32,408 nt of DNA from Polyangiaceae bacterium (GCA_050287085.1 JBNKBE010000017.1:1-32408), one strand, 5' to 3'. Counted from the stretch's first letter, positions 18,222 to 27,693 are shown. Program-made: numbers and translations. The notes: generated from the letters alone by a model not told the origin.

Positions 18222-18932
18222 ATGTCCCACGACCCTTATCAGACCGTTTATGACCCGCCCCGTCTGCTGGACACCGCTGCCAGTGACTTCACGCGAGCAA
18301 CGCTCAAAGCTGGCTGGTACACTGGCCCTACGGTGGGTCGCGAAGCGCGCGTCCTAGCAGCCTTAGGGGTTACGGGTGCCGTATCGGCCACCAGCAAGAG
18401 CGCTTGGGCTCTGATGGCGACCTGGAAGAAAGCCGTCGTAGCCACGGCTATCGCTTCAGCGGGCGCGGGAGGCGCGGTAGTTCTGAAGCGGACGATGGCT
18501 CAGCAACCCCGCGAGCCGGCCGCTATAGCGTCTGCGCGAAGCGCACACCAAGAAGTGAACAGCTCCGCTGAAGCCGCAACCCACCCGGTGCCCCCGGCGG
18601 ACGTCAACGCCCCGGTGAGCAAGCAACAATCCGCGCCCAGCGTGGGCACCATGCGCACGAAGGCCGTCAAGCGGCCCAGCGCGGCCCGTGGCGCTGCTGA
18701 AAACAGGGACCGCGCCGCAGCAACGATACCCGCTGCCGGCGGCTCACTGCCCGCAGAACTCAAGCTGCTCGATCAGGCGCGCATTGCCCTCCGCGAAGGC
18801 CGCCTCGCGAGCGCCGAAGCTTACTTGAACAAGTACGAACGTAGGTATGCCAATGGCGCATTGCGCCCCGAGGCAGCCGCCCTGACTCGCAAGGTTGCCG
18901 AGCAGCGCATAGCTCGACCCGAGAGGGACTAG
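18222..18932 (+). CDS. Putative membrane anti-sigma factor with C-terminal TPR-like helical hairpin
   Basis: 16 bp after the sigma gene; DPPRLL N-terminus, hydrophobic AVVATAIASAGAGGAVVL, Pro/Ala linker, SLPAELKLLDQARIAL..A...L..Y..RY..GALRPEA. Confidence 0.75.
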   Translation: MSHDPYQTVYDPPRLLDTAASDFTRATLKAGWYTGPTVGREARVLAALGVTGAVSATSKSAWALMATWKKAVVATAIASAGAGGAVVLKRTMAQQPREPAAIASARSAHQEVNSSAEAATHPVPPADVNAPVSKQQSAPSVGTMRTKAVKRPSAARGAAENRDRAAATIPAAGGSLPAELKLLDQARIALREGRLASAEAYLNKYERRYANGALRPEAAALTRKVAEQRIARPERD

Positions 18933-20344
18933 TGCGTAGCCATGGTGGCCTTCCACCGCTGGCGTCACTGTTGCTGCTCACATGCTGGGCGGCGACGGGT
19001 TGCAAGCCGGCAACCCACTACCTGGGTTTCGACGTCCCGGACGACTACGAGCAGGTCGGTTCCGGAGGAGGAGCCGGGTCGGGGCCTGCTCCGTGTCAAA
19101 GGGACTGCGACGCCGGTGGCGATGACGACAGCCCACCTTCCCCGCAGGAGGCTTCGGCGCCCCCAAGCGGCGACGACGATATGATGAGCCACGGGGGTGA
19201 TAGTGGGGTTCCCAACACCCCGGACGGTCGCGCCCCGCATCCCCTGAAGCAGCCGCCCCAGAACTACTTTGAGACCGATCTAGGAAAAGCCCCGGAGGTC
19301 ATCGACGCACGCCTGGAAGGGCTATACGACCAGTTCTTCCACGGCAATCCGAGCACGGAAGCCGTCTACGTTGCAGTGGGCGACGACGAAGCCTACATCT
19401 ACGACGTCCGCAATCGAGATACGCGAGCAGACGCGCTGGGCTACGGCTTACTTCTGAGTGTAGAGCTCGACCACCGTACGGAGTTCGACAACATATGGCG
19501 CTTCACGGATCGCCGGCTTCGCATCACCACGGGCCCCGCTCTGGGGCTACTGTACGAGCGGTGTCCTCCGACAAGCGGAGACTGCGCTCCCCCGGTGGCT
19601 TCCTATGGCGCGTTCTTTGTGGTCACAGCCCTGCTGCTCGCCGAGGCCCGTTGGGGTAGTGACTCCGAGGGCCCGGACTACGGCGCAGCGGCAGCCAGCC
19701 TCATGGAGTCAATGCAGAACACAATGCTAGATGGCGAGCATACGGCTGTGTTCATTCCTGACGCCAATGTCCCTCGCTATCGCGCGGGCGAGGAAGCGAC
19801 CCCTCTGACCCAACCGGTGCTCGCAATGGCCGCATTCTTCGAATACTGGGGCGCGCAAAGCGGGAGCGCGTTTTGGCTCGACGTCGCCGACGCCAGTCGA
19901 CGGCTGCAGAAGGACGTGGCAGATCCCAGCACCGGGTTAATTCCCTCACGCTATGACGTAGATGCGCAGATGGTCCCCGCCAACGGGGACGTCTTTGATG
20001 CCGCAGCGTATGGCTACCCGCTTGGCTTAGCTCTGGATCATTCGTGGTACGGCGTAAACAGCGACGAGGTAGACATCGCCGATCGCTTGGTACGCTTCTT
20101 CTCCAGGCAGCGCGAAACCTATGGGAGCTATCGGCTCGACGGCACTGTCGAGCAACGTGCGCTCACCGCGGCTCTCCCCTTCGCCATCGCAAGCGCCGCT
20201 GGGATCGCGACCGACACGGCACGGATAGCGATGATTCAGCATGTCTGGGACGCTGACCTGGCACGCGGAGACGTGCGCTTCTTCGACGGCATGATGCACA
20301 TGCTCAGCTTCCTATTCCTCGCGGGGAAGTGGCGAGCCTACTAG
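18932..20344 (+). CDS. GH8-fold (Rex-like) lipoprotein with degenerate catalytic residues
   Basis: TAGTG overlap with the anti-sigma gene; lipobox WAATG-C; YIYDVRNRDTR, FDNIW, EARWG, DPSTGL, LALDHSWYG, YRLDG and RFFDGMMHMLSFLFLAGKWRAY follow the GH8 exo-oligoxylanase pattern. Confidence 0.85.
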   Translation: MRSHGGLPPLASLLLLTCWAATGCKPATHYLGFDVPDDYEQVGSGGGAGSGPAPCQRDCDAGGDDDSPPSPQEASAPPSGDDDMMSHGGDSGVPNTPDGRAPHPLKQPPQNYFETDLGKAPEVIDARLEGLYDQFFHGNPSTEAVYVAVGDDEAYIYDVRNRDTRADALGYGLLLSVELDHRTEFDNIWRFTDRRLRITTGPALGLLYERCPPTSGDCAPPVASYGAFFVVTALLLAEARWGSDSEGPDYGAAAASLMESMQNTMLDGEHTAVFIPDANVPRYRAGEEATPLTQPVLAMAAFFEYWGAQSGSAFWLDVADASRRLQKDVADPSTGLIPSRYDVDAQMVPANGDVFDAAAYGYPLGLALDHSWYGVNSDEVDIADRLVRFFSRQRETYGSYRLDGTVEQRALTAALPFAIASAAGIATDTARIAMIQHVWDADLARGDVRFFDGMMHMLSFLFLAGKWRAY

Positions 20345-21495
20345 TCTCTTGGCTCGGACCGATCAGTGCCGCGATAGACGACCCCGAGCAGAAGCATTGG
20401 AACAAATGGTGGCGTCTCAGCGACGGTGCGCGGCTCGGCCCCCAGCTGATAGATATGAGGGAGCAGTGGACGCAATGCCCCCCCCCGCAACGACGCGGCC
20501 CACGCGCCCCCCACAGACACTTCCAATTCGCCCCCAACTCCAACGGCGCCCCAAGGGCTAACCACCCGCTCGGCATTGGAGATATTGTGCCCTCCAGCGC
20601 TCAGGACCCCGCCCTGCAGCTGAAGACATGGGCGGAAGACGAATACCTCTGAGCCGAGACCTGCCGCGCACAAACTAAACTCCGCCAGCAACAGAGTGAA
20701 TCGCGCAGAGGCGTCGGTACCGAACCAGCCGGTTCGCACAAACTGGCCCCCCACCTCCACGCGAGGCGACCAAGCCGTGGCGCTTGCGGGTTGCAGCGCA
20801 ACCCCAAGCCCCGCGCCAAAAGCGCCTTCTACATCGACGGGCAGCGCCGCCACCCAGCGTGCAGCAACCGCCGGGCGCCAGGGTACGCTCGGCTCTCTGC
20901 TGCCCCAGAACGACGAAGCCCCGTCGTAGACGGTGGGTTCTGGAACAACAAGAGGCGGCGCGACTTCGGGCCGCTCGACAGCACCTTCGGCCGAAGTCGA
21001 CAACGAGCCATCTGGATTCAACGGCCCCGGCTTAGCGCCCTGCTCCACGTCCGCTCCTGCCTCGTGTCCGATGTCAGCAGCAGCTCCACCCACCGCCCCC
21101 TCGCCAACGTCCTCGCTTTGCAGGAAGGGCTCAAGTGCGATAGCTGCGCTCAGCGAAAGAGCCTGCACGACGGCCGAGCACTGGACGCCCGTCACTTCCC
21201 GGGCAGCCAGCGGTGGCTCAATGCCTGCGATTTCAAGACGGCCAGAGTATCCAGCACCTCCGCGACGCACCGCCACGCGGAGGTGGGCCCCCATGTCGGA
21301 AGGCTCCAGGCGAACTCCCCGTAGCAACAGCTCATGCTCGAAGAACTCCTGCTCCGGACACCCCGGGGGTGCGCTGTAGCTAACATCCGCCGCCAGACTA
21401 CCGCTGAGTTCGGGACCCGCCAAGACCTCGCCCGGAGCTCCCACCAGAGCCAGCACCAGCGCAGCGGCCGCGCCGCAGACGCGCGAGCGCCTCAC
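20341..21495 (-). CDS. Secreted 'APxGCP' protein with C-terminal beta-strand-rich (putative outer-membrane barrel) domain
   Basis: GTG at 21495 overlaps the GT4 TGA (GTGA); signal peptide; YSAPPGCP..C.AVVQALSLSAAIAL domain; acidic/Pro linker; amphipathic strands ending LLLGVVYR. Confidence 0.8.
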   Translation of the reverse strand: MRRSRVCGAAAALVLALVGAPGEVLAGPELSGSLAADVSYSAPPGCPEQEFFEHELLLRGVRLEPSDMGAHLRVAVRRGGAGYSGRLEIAGIEPPLAAREVTGVQCSAVVQALSLSAAIALEPFLQSEDVGEGAVGGAAADIGHEAGADVEQGAKPGPLNPDGSLSTSAEGAVERPEVAPPLVVPEPTVYDGASSFWGSREPSVPWRPAVAARWVAALPVDVEGAFGAGLGVALQPASATAWSPRVEVGGQFVRTGWFGTDASARFTLLLAEFSLCAAGLGSEVFVFRPCLQLQGGVLSAGGHNISNAERVVSPWGAVGVGGELEVSVGGAWAASLRGGALRPLLPHIYQLGAEPRTVAETPPFVPMLLLGVVYRGTDRSEPRD

Positions 21496-22895
21496 GCACC
21501 CGGCTCCGCGGCTCCCGGAAGATCCCACGGGGGCGGCAAGCGGCCCTGACGGTTGACGGTAGCCGGCGCGCGCATACATCCGAGACCTGCAAGCAATGCC
21601 ATCTGTAGCGTCCAGCCTATCAGGGGCGAGCTCTTCGTCCAAGTCCCGGCTTTCGGTGGATTAGCGGCCAGGTGTTGGCGTGCTGCCGAAAATACCGCCT
21701 CGTAGCGCTCGACGCAGCGCTCGGGATCCGAGCGCTCGCGCGCCTTGCTCGCTGCACTCTCGGCGAAGCGCGTGCGCATCTGCGCGTCCGTCAACAAGCG
21801 CCCCACCGCAGCGCCAAACTCTTCGTTGGAATCGGGGCTCTTGGGCGCGATGAGATAGCCATCCGACTCGTGAGCAATCTGATCGGCAACACCCTTGTTG
21901 TCATCGAAAGCCACCGCCGGAAGCCCACACCAAAGCGCCTCGCTCACCACCTGTCCGTAGGTCTCGCTGAGCGAGGTGTAGACGAATACATCCGCGTGAC
22001 GATACCACGCCGGGATGTCCCACTGGCTGAGTTCCCCGGGCCAGATGCAGCGTTCTGCGATACCGAGCTCGTCGGCATCGCGACGGAACTCGTCGTGTTC
22101 GGGCCCGTCGCCAACGAGCGCTAGCGACGCCTTGGGGCAAATGGGGGCGATGTGACGAGCGAAGATCTCGAGCAGCCGCCGGATGTTCTTCTCTCGCGTG
22201 TGACGGCAAACGACCACCAAGCGGCCCCCTTTGGCAGCCCAGCTCGGATAGGGGTCCCCTGGCGGCTCACGGCTGAAAATCTTGGGCTCAACGCTGCGGG
22301 GAATAACGTGAATGGGCACGCTTACGCCTCGCTCGCGCCAGTAGCTGCGGAGCCCCTCGCTGAGCACCACCAAACCATCGGAGCCGTTGTAAATCTGCGC
22401 GAGCTGAGCTTCGGCCCATGGAATGAGCCCCTTCTCGAATACGGCACCTAGCGTCTGCACCTTGCGCAGGCTATCCGGCAAGATCACCTCGTACACACTG
22501 GCCAGGTGAACGGTGTTGACGCAGACAAAAGGCACCCGATGTTGACGACGCAGCCAAACGCCCGCCTCTAGGAAGGCAGAGCCCGTCTGCCCAACCGCCA
22601 ACGAAAACTGTTGAGCCGCGAGTGCCCTAAGTCCACGCCGCGTTGGAAAAGGGAGATGCAGTCCTGGATGAGCGCGAAACGGCAGCGAGTCGAGCAACAC
22701 GTGGCGGGCGGGTAACTCCTCGGGGGTGCCCGCTGGATCTTTGGGTCCAACCACGGTCACCTGCGCTCCACGCGCCTTGAACTCCCGATAGAGAAACTGC
22801 GAAGCAAACGACGAGCCGTTGGCGTACGGAATGCGAACGTAGTCGTTAAAAATCCCCAGGTGGGTAATGGATGTTGCCTCCGGCGCTGCCTTCAT
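21492..22895 (-). CDS. GT4 glycosyltransferase (diacylglycerol glycosyltransferase-like)
   Basis: NDY....NGSS, VCRHTREKN, VGDGP, YRHADVFVYTSLSETYGQVVSEALWCGLP; start placed at MKAAPE. Confidence 0.9.
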   Translation of the reverse strand: MKAAPEATSITHLGIFNDYVRIPYANGSSFASQFLYREFKARGAQVTVVGPKDPAGTPEELPARHVLLDSLPFRAHPGLHLPFPTRRGLRALAAQQFSLAVGQTGSAFLEAGVWLRRQHRVPFVCVNTVHLASVYEVILPDSLRKVQTLGAVFEKGLIPWAEAQLAQIYNGSDGLVVLSEGLRSYWRERGVSVPIHVIPRSVEPKIFSREPPGDPYPSWAAKGGRLVVVCRHTREKNIRRLLEIFARHIAPICPKASLALVGDGPEHDEFRRDADELGIAERCIWPGELSQWDIPAWYRHADVFVYTSLSETYGQVVSEALWCGLPAVAFDDNKGVADQIAHESDGYLIAPKSPDSNEEFGAAVGRLLTDAQMRTRFAESAASKARERSDPERCVERYEAVFSAARQHLAANPPKAGTWTKSSPLIGWTLQMALLAGLGCMRAPATVNRQGRLPPPWDLPGAAEPGA

Positions 22896-23300
22896 TCGAC
22901 CTCTAAGCGGAGAACGTTTCCTACCTGGCGTTCGATGGGTAAAGGCCTTTCCGCTGGCAGACCCCCTAGCTGAACCGAACCTGCGGGAGGTTATGCTGAG
23001 AGCGCAATCCGTCATTGCGACGATGAGCCCGATACGCACAGTGTGACTCTGATTCACACGAACAATTGGGCCACCCTCAAGACAAGTAGCGAAGATCGCG
23101 TGACCTTTGTCCTAGCCCCGCGCGGCACAAGGGTTGCTTGGAAGAAGGCGCTCCAATCACCTTTGGACACCGAGGCCGGAAGCCCTGAGGCCCCAACAAC
23201 GTATCGTACCCGAACCCTATCTGCTCGCGTGTCATCCCCAACCTCTTGCCGTTTAATGCCCTTGCGCTCACCCCGCGCCGGATACAAATCCGAGGGGGCC

Positions 23301-23969
23301 ATGAATGCGCGAGAAACAAGTGCCGCTCCGCTGCCACGGCGCAACCTACTGCTCGGCGCCGCTACGAGCCTTGCCGGCATAGCCGCCTTTCCAGAGATGG
23401 CGCAGGCAGCGGGCGTTTCGGCGCTCACAGCCGAGGAGCTCGCTGCCTTGAGAAAGACGTCGGTCGTAAGCCGACAATTCGAATTTCGACACCGAGGAAG
23501 AGACTACTTGGGAGCGCTATCGTATTCCGGTATCGCACGACCCGCTGAGGCGGTATGGCAGGTGCTGACAGCGCCCTCGACCTTCCCCCGCGCCTGGCCC
23601 AACACGCGCGGTGCATCCTTTGCGGATAGCGCGCATTCTCGCCTGAACCTCCATCAGGGCAGCTCGGTGGTGGACGTGCACTACTCCGTGTTTTGGCGCC
23701 CGGACGAGTTGAAGCGTGAAATCCACTACTGGATGGACCGAACGCGGCCCACAGACTTTCGAGACACGTTCGGATTCTTCCGGATACGGCCCGACGGCGA
23801 TCAGCGAAGCGTTCTCAGCGTGGGACTTGCGCTCGATCCAGGCTCGAGCTTAGCCGCGCTGCTCTTTCGCGGCATGATCCACGACTATATGGTGCGCCCC
23901 GCGCGCTGGATCGCTCGCTACATGCACGAACGCACGCCGGCCACCGACACGCGCATAGCAGGTACCTGA
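23301..23969 (+). CDS. Tat-exported START/SRPBCC-like protein
   Basis: GAGGGG RBS; PRRNLLLGAA..AQA|A twin-arginine signal; IARPAEAVWQVLT..TFPRAWP and a C-terminal helix typical of the SRPBCC fold. Confidence 0.7.
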   Translation: MNARETSAAPLPRRNLLLGAATSLAGIAAFPEMAQAAGVSALTAEELAALRKTSVVSRQFEFRHRGRDYLGALSYSGIARPAEAVWQVLTAPSTFPRAWPNTRGASFADSAHSRLNLHQGSSVVDVHYSVFWRPDELKREIHYWMDRTRPTDFRDTFGFFRIRPDGDQRSVLSVGLALDPGSSLAALLFRGMIHDYMVRPARWIARYMHERTPATDTRIAGT

Positions 23970-24102
23970 CCGGCGGCCGTGCGTGACATGACCCCCGCCC
24001 GCAGCGCCCAAAGAGCCGTACCACAGGCTACAGGCTCGCTCGACGGTAGCCCTGCGCTTTCGGAAGCATCTCTAACCTGAACTCTCGCTGAGACAACAGC
24101 CG

Positions 24103-25266
24103 TCACACCTGCGCGCTCAGCGATTCGTAAAACGCAAAGAGCCGTCGGAAGTGCTCCTGCTTGGAGATCAAATGCTCTTCGGCCGCGCGTCGCGCCTGAC
24201 GTCGCGATTCGATGCGATCGCGGCTGGTGACGACCTCCACCGCTCGTGCACAATCCGCCGCGTCTCCAGGCCGGTAGAGCATGCCGGATTCAGCCGTCAC
24301 CAACTCAGCGGCGCCGCCGCGCGCGGGCGCCACCACCGGGCACCCAGAGCTTAACGCCTCGGCGATCACAAAGCCGAAGGTCTCCGCAGCCGAACCGTGC
24401 ACAAATGCGTCCGCGCTCGCCAGCGTTTGCGCAATGAGCTCGCGGTCTTCGACAAACCCCGCAAGATGTGCCCCACGGGTACCCTGAACCGCACGGGCTA
24501 TCGACTTGCGTAGCGGCCCGTCACCGATGATGACAAGGCCCGTGGGGCGTTTCGCATTGAGCTGTTCGAGCGCGCGCAGCAACACCCTCACGCGCTTTTC
24601 CGGATGGAGACGGCTGATGGTGACCAGGAGCCGCGCGCTCGGCGGCAAGCCACACTGCCGCAACCACCGCTCGCGAATCGCCGCGTTCGCCAAGGTCGGC
24701 GAGAAGCGCTCTCGCTCGATACCAAAAGGCACCGTTTGCGCATTGGCAACGCCAGCGCCTCGCAACCGCTCTTCGAGCCATCGGCCCGCGACCAACGTAG
24801 CTTGAAAGCGACGCGCGAGCGCTCGCAGCGAGGACCAATAGGGGGCACAGGCCAGATCGATCGCGCCTGGGGAAAACCACCGATCGAGCAGCGTATGCGG
24901 GTACACGGCGATCGGATCCTGATGGTAGATGAGGGCCTTGACCACCGGTCGCGGATAGCGCGCGGCAAACCACCCCGCCGTCCACGTCGACGAGCCCTCG
25001 AGCACATCCGGCTCTTCCGCGTCGATCAGAGCGTGAACCGCCCGCTCGCGGTACAAGACAAAGTAGCGCGGGTCGAAAGGCATGGGAGGGCCCCCGACCC
25101 AGTGCACGCGCCCCCCAAAACGCTCTTCGACCCCGTCTTCGGGGCCCGGCGCGATCACCACCAGCTCGTGCCCCGCGTCGCGCGCGGCTTGGAGCTTCGC
25201 GTTGACGTAGGTCTTCACGCCGCCACCGCGCTCGGCGTAGAACTCATTGACGTCGACAATTTTCAC
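24103..25266 (-). CDS. GT4 glycosyltransferase (mannosyltransferase-like)
   Basis: MKIVDVNEFYAERGGGVKTY, SRLHPEKR, IGDGP, ASADAFVHGSAAETFGFVIAEALSSGCPVV. Confidence 0.92.
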   Translation of the reverse strand: MKIVDVNEFYAERGGGVKTYVNAKLQAARDAGHELVVIAPGPEDGVEERFGGRVHWVGGPPMPFDPRYFVLYRERAVHALIDAEEPDVLEGSSTWTAGWFAARYPRPVVKALIYHQDPIAVYPHTLLDRWFSPGAIDLACAPYWSSLRALARRFQATLVAGRWLEERLRGAGVANAQTVPFGIERERFSPTLANAAIRERWLRQCGLPPSARLLVTISRLHPEKRVRVLLRALEQLNAKRPTGLVIIGDGPLRKSIARAVQGTRGAHLAGFVEDRELIAQTLASADAFVHGSAAETFGFVIAEALSSGCPVVAPARGGAAELVTAESGMLYRPGDAADCARAVEVVTSRDRIESRRQARRAAEEHLISKQEHFRRLFAFYESLSAQV

Positions 25267-25334
25267 GGGCGCGCGTTATTAGCATAGGTCCGCCGGGGAT
25301 CCCGTGAGGAAGGAAGAAGCCTCCAAAAGCCCCC

Positions 25335-25363
25335 TTGACGGAACCTACCCCCGCATGCACATT
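25335..25363 (+). promoter_or_regulatory. Candidate ssrA promoter
   Basis: TTGACG (25335-25340), 17 bp, CACATT (25358-25363); about 80-nt leader before the mature 5' end. Confidence 0.55.
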
Positions 25364-25451
25364 GGCGGTCTGGTCAGCACTTGCGAGCCAGGCTGTGAGT
25401 GGGCTGCGAAGTCCGCTTGCTTTCACGAACAAGCGCGTCACTCCCAACTTC

Positions 25452-25796
<345 letters not shown>

Positions 25797-25802
25797 TTGC
25801 TC

Positions 25803-25822
25803 GCGGCCCCTTCGGGGGCCGC
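25803..25822 (+). terminator. Hairpin after ssrA (terminator or processing stem)
   Basis: GCGGCCCC-TTCG-GGGGCCGC; no U-tract follows. Confidence 0.6.
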
Positions 25823-25912
25823 TCCCTCGGGCCGGGCATTGGTGTGCTTGGCTGTAATCCCATGGGATTCCAGCGCGGCGCCTGCCGACGGACCCCGGGT
25901 AGCTCCCGGGGT

Positions 25913-25999
25913 GTGTCCAAGTTCATTGCGGCCTGTAGCGCCGGCCTCGTCGACGCAGCGCTGAACTTCATCTGGGACGAGCTCGTCCTGAGGCTCCGA
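25913..25999 (+). pseudogene. Short relic of a conserved hypothetical protein
   Basis: VSKFIAACSAGLVDAALNFIWDELVLRLR reads as real protein between non-protein-like flanks; family recalled from memory only. Confidence 0.45.
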
Positions 26000-26119
26000 A
26001 TAGCTCCGCCACGCCGCAAATCACGAGCATGCGCGCCGGCGCATGCTCGTGACCCACTTGCCGCTAGACAACACCCGGGGAGGGCGAGCGCGGCGGTAGA
26101 CCGTCGTGGGGCGGATGGC

Positions 26120-26269
26120 GTGCTCGACGGGGCTCACCACCTGTTGTCTTACTGGCCGCAGGCTCGCTTCCTTGAGCTTGCCAACAAGCATCGGGCCACG
26201 ATGCGTGCTAAGCTAAAGCCATCACAGCTCAACAAGCCCCTCTGCGAGTTCGCAGTCCCCGCGGCCTAG
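26120..26269 (+). mobile_element. C-terminal remnant of an IS66-family transposase (TnpC)
   Basis: LLSYWPQARFLELANKH..MRAKLKP.QL..PL..F.VP resembles the myxobacterial IS66 TnpC tail (LPxWP..RxLELAPKxW..TRARL). No DDE core or terminal repeat seen. Confidence 0.6.
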
Positions 26270-26323
26270 CCTCAGTGCGGAGCATTGGTCGAAGGATCGA
26301 GTGGGGCTCGTGCTGCGGATGCG

Positions 26324-27205
26324 TCAGAACTTGCCGTTCTCGTTCTTCCATTGCTCCTTGGGAGGAATCGTTTCGATCGTGTCCCAGTGCTCGACGATCT
26401 TGCCGCTCTCGACGCGGAAGAGATCATAGAACGACGTATGCAGCTCACCAAAAGTCCCCTCGCTCACCGACAGAACGAAGTTGCCCTCGCCTAGTACCCG
26501 GTGGATGCGATTGTACTTCATGGTGATCCCCTGCTTAGCCAGTGCCTCGAGCGCGGAACCGAGGCCTGAGAGTCCGTCACCGATCTGCGGGTTGTGCTGC
26601 ACGTAGTTGTCACCTTCTATGTATTCGGTGATCTTGTCCATCCGTCCATTTACCAAGATGTCGTCGACGAAGGCCCCCACCAAGGCCTTATTCGCCTCAG
26701 TCTTCTCCGAGTCTGTCGCTTGGGTCGCCCCGTCGATCATCGTGTGGCCGCTGGGATTGGCCGATGTTGGCTTCTCTTGGAGGTTGTCCCAATGCTCGAC
26801 GATTTTGCCGTCCTCAAAGCGGAAGATGTCGAAGCCAATCTTCGGACCAAAGAAGTCGTAGTCGGTGTGCGCGAAGACGAAGTCGCCGTCGTGAAAGACG
26901 CGGACGGTTGTCACGCGGGCCGAGCCTTGCGGCAATTGCTGCAAGAGAGCGGCAAATCCGGGCAGGCCATCAGCGGCGCCGAGGTTGTGTTGGATGTACT
27001 TGTCCGGGTTGATGATCGAGACCGGCCCGGCCTCTCCGGTCTCGATGGCTTTCAGCAGATCGCGGACCTGCTGCTTCTGCGCCTGGCTAGTGTTTGAGGT
27101 ACTCATGGCGTCGGGCTCCTTAGTGGTAGTTAACGTGGTTTCGGTGCATGCGGCGGTCAGCAGAAGGCTGGCTGCGATTGCACTAATTTTTGGGGTCATG
27201 GTCAT
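26324..27205 (-). CDS. Tandem SnoaL/NTF2-like domain lipoprotein
   Basis: Lipobox LLTAA-C; two repeats of YxQHN..DG..G ... D(I/L)FR(F/V)E.GKIVEHWD. Confidence 0.92.
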   Translation of the reverse strand: MTMTPKISAIAASLLLTAACTETTLTTTKEPDAMSTSNTSQAQKQQVRDLLKAIETGEAGPVSIINPDKYIQHNLGAADGLPGFAALLQQLPQGSARVTTVRVFHDGDFVFAHTDYDFFGPKIGFDIFRFEDGKIVEHWDNLQEKPTSANPSGHTMIDGATQATDSEKTEANKALVGAFVDDILVNGRMDKITEYIEGDNYVQHNPQIGDGLSGLGSALEALAKQGITMKYNRIHRVLGEGNFVLSVSEGTFGELHTSFYDLFRVESGKIVEHWDTIETIPPKEQWKNENGKF

Positions 27206-27218
27206 TGCTTCTCTATTT

Positions 27219-27235
27219 GCAACAATACTTGTTAC
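27219..27235. promoter_or_regulatory. Rrf2-type operator upstream of the SnoaL gene
   Basis: GCAAC-N7-GTTAC, matching the site in front of the Rrf2 gene. Confidence 0.55.
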
Positions 27236-27276
27236 TAATTTGGACAAAAAAATGGGCTGGTTCCCGCCCAAGCAGA

Positions 27277-27672
27277 TCACTTCGGCACTTCTTCACCTCA
27301 CGGACCAGAGCCGCGATCGTGATCCTGAGCTGCTGTTCAAGTGCGTCGCGGGGGCCGCGAGAGCGGTTTGGATTGTCCCCCCACGGGCCAAAGCGGGTTC
27401 GGTGGACTCGGATGCATAGGAAACAGCGTGCTGCCCTCCATCGCTACGTGGATATCGCGCAGGGGGACCGGGCGAGCTGCCAGGCCCCCTCCCAGTCCCC
27501 CCTCGGAGGGGACCCACTTGGCGTCTCGAAGCTGCGAAATCAACCGTCGGATCACGACGGGATTCGTATTCACACTTCCGGCAATGTACTCGGACGTCAC
27601 CACTTCCTCGCCGCTGAGGGCTAGCAGAGTCAGCATGTGGATGCCGACCGTGAATCGACTGTTGGTGCTCAT
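27277..27672 (-). pseudogene. Rrf2-family regulator, frameshifted
   Basis: MSTNSRFTVGIHML..TSEYIAGSVNTNPVVIRR; after NPLWPVGG the expected sequence continues in other frames (TIQTALA, then ALEQQLRITIAALVREVKKCRS*). Confidence 0.85.
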
Positions 27673-27693
27673 GCGCCGTCTCTCAATTAAACC

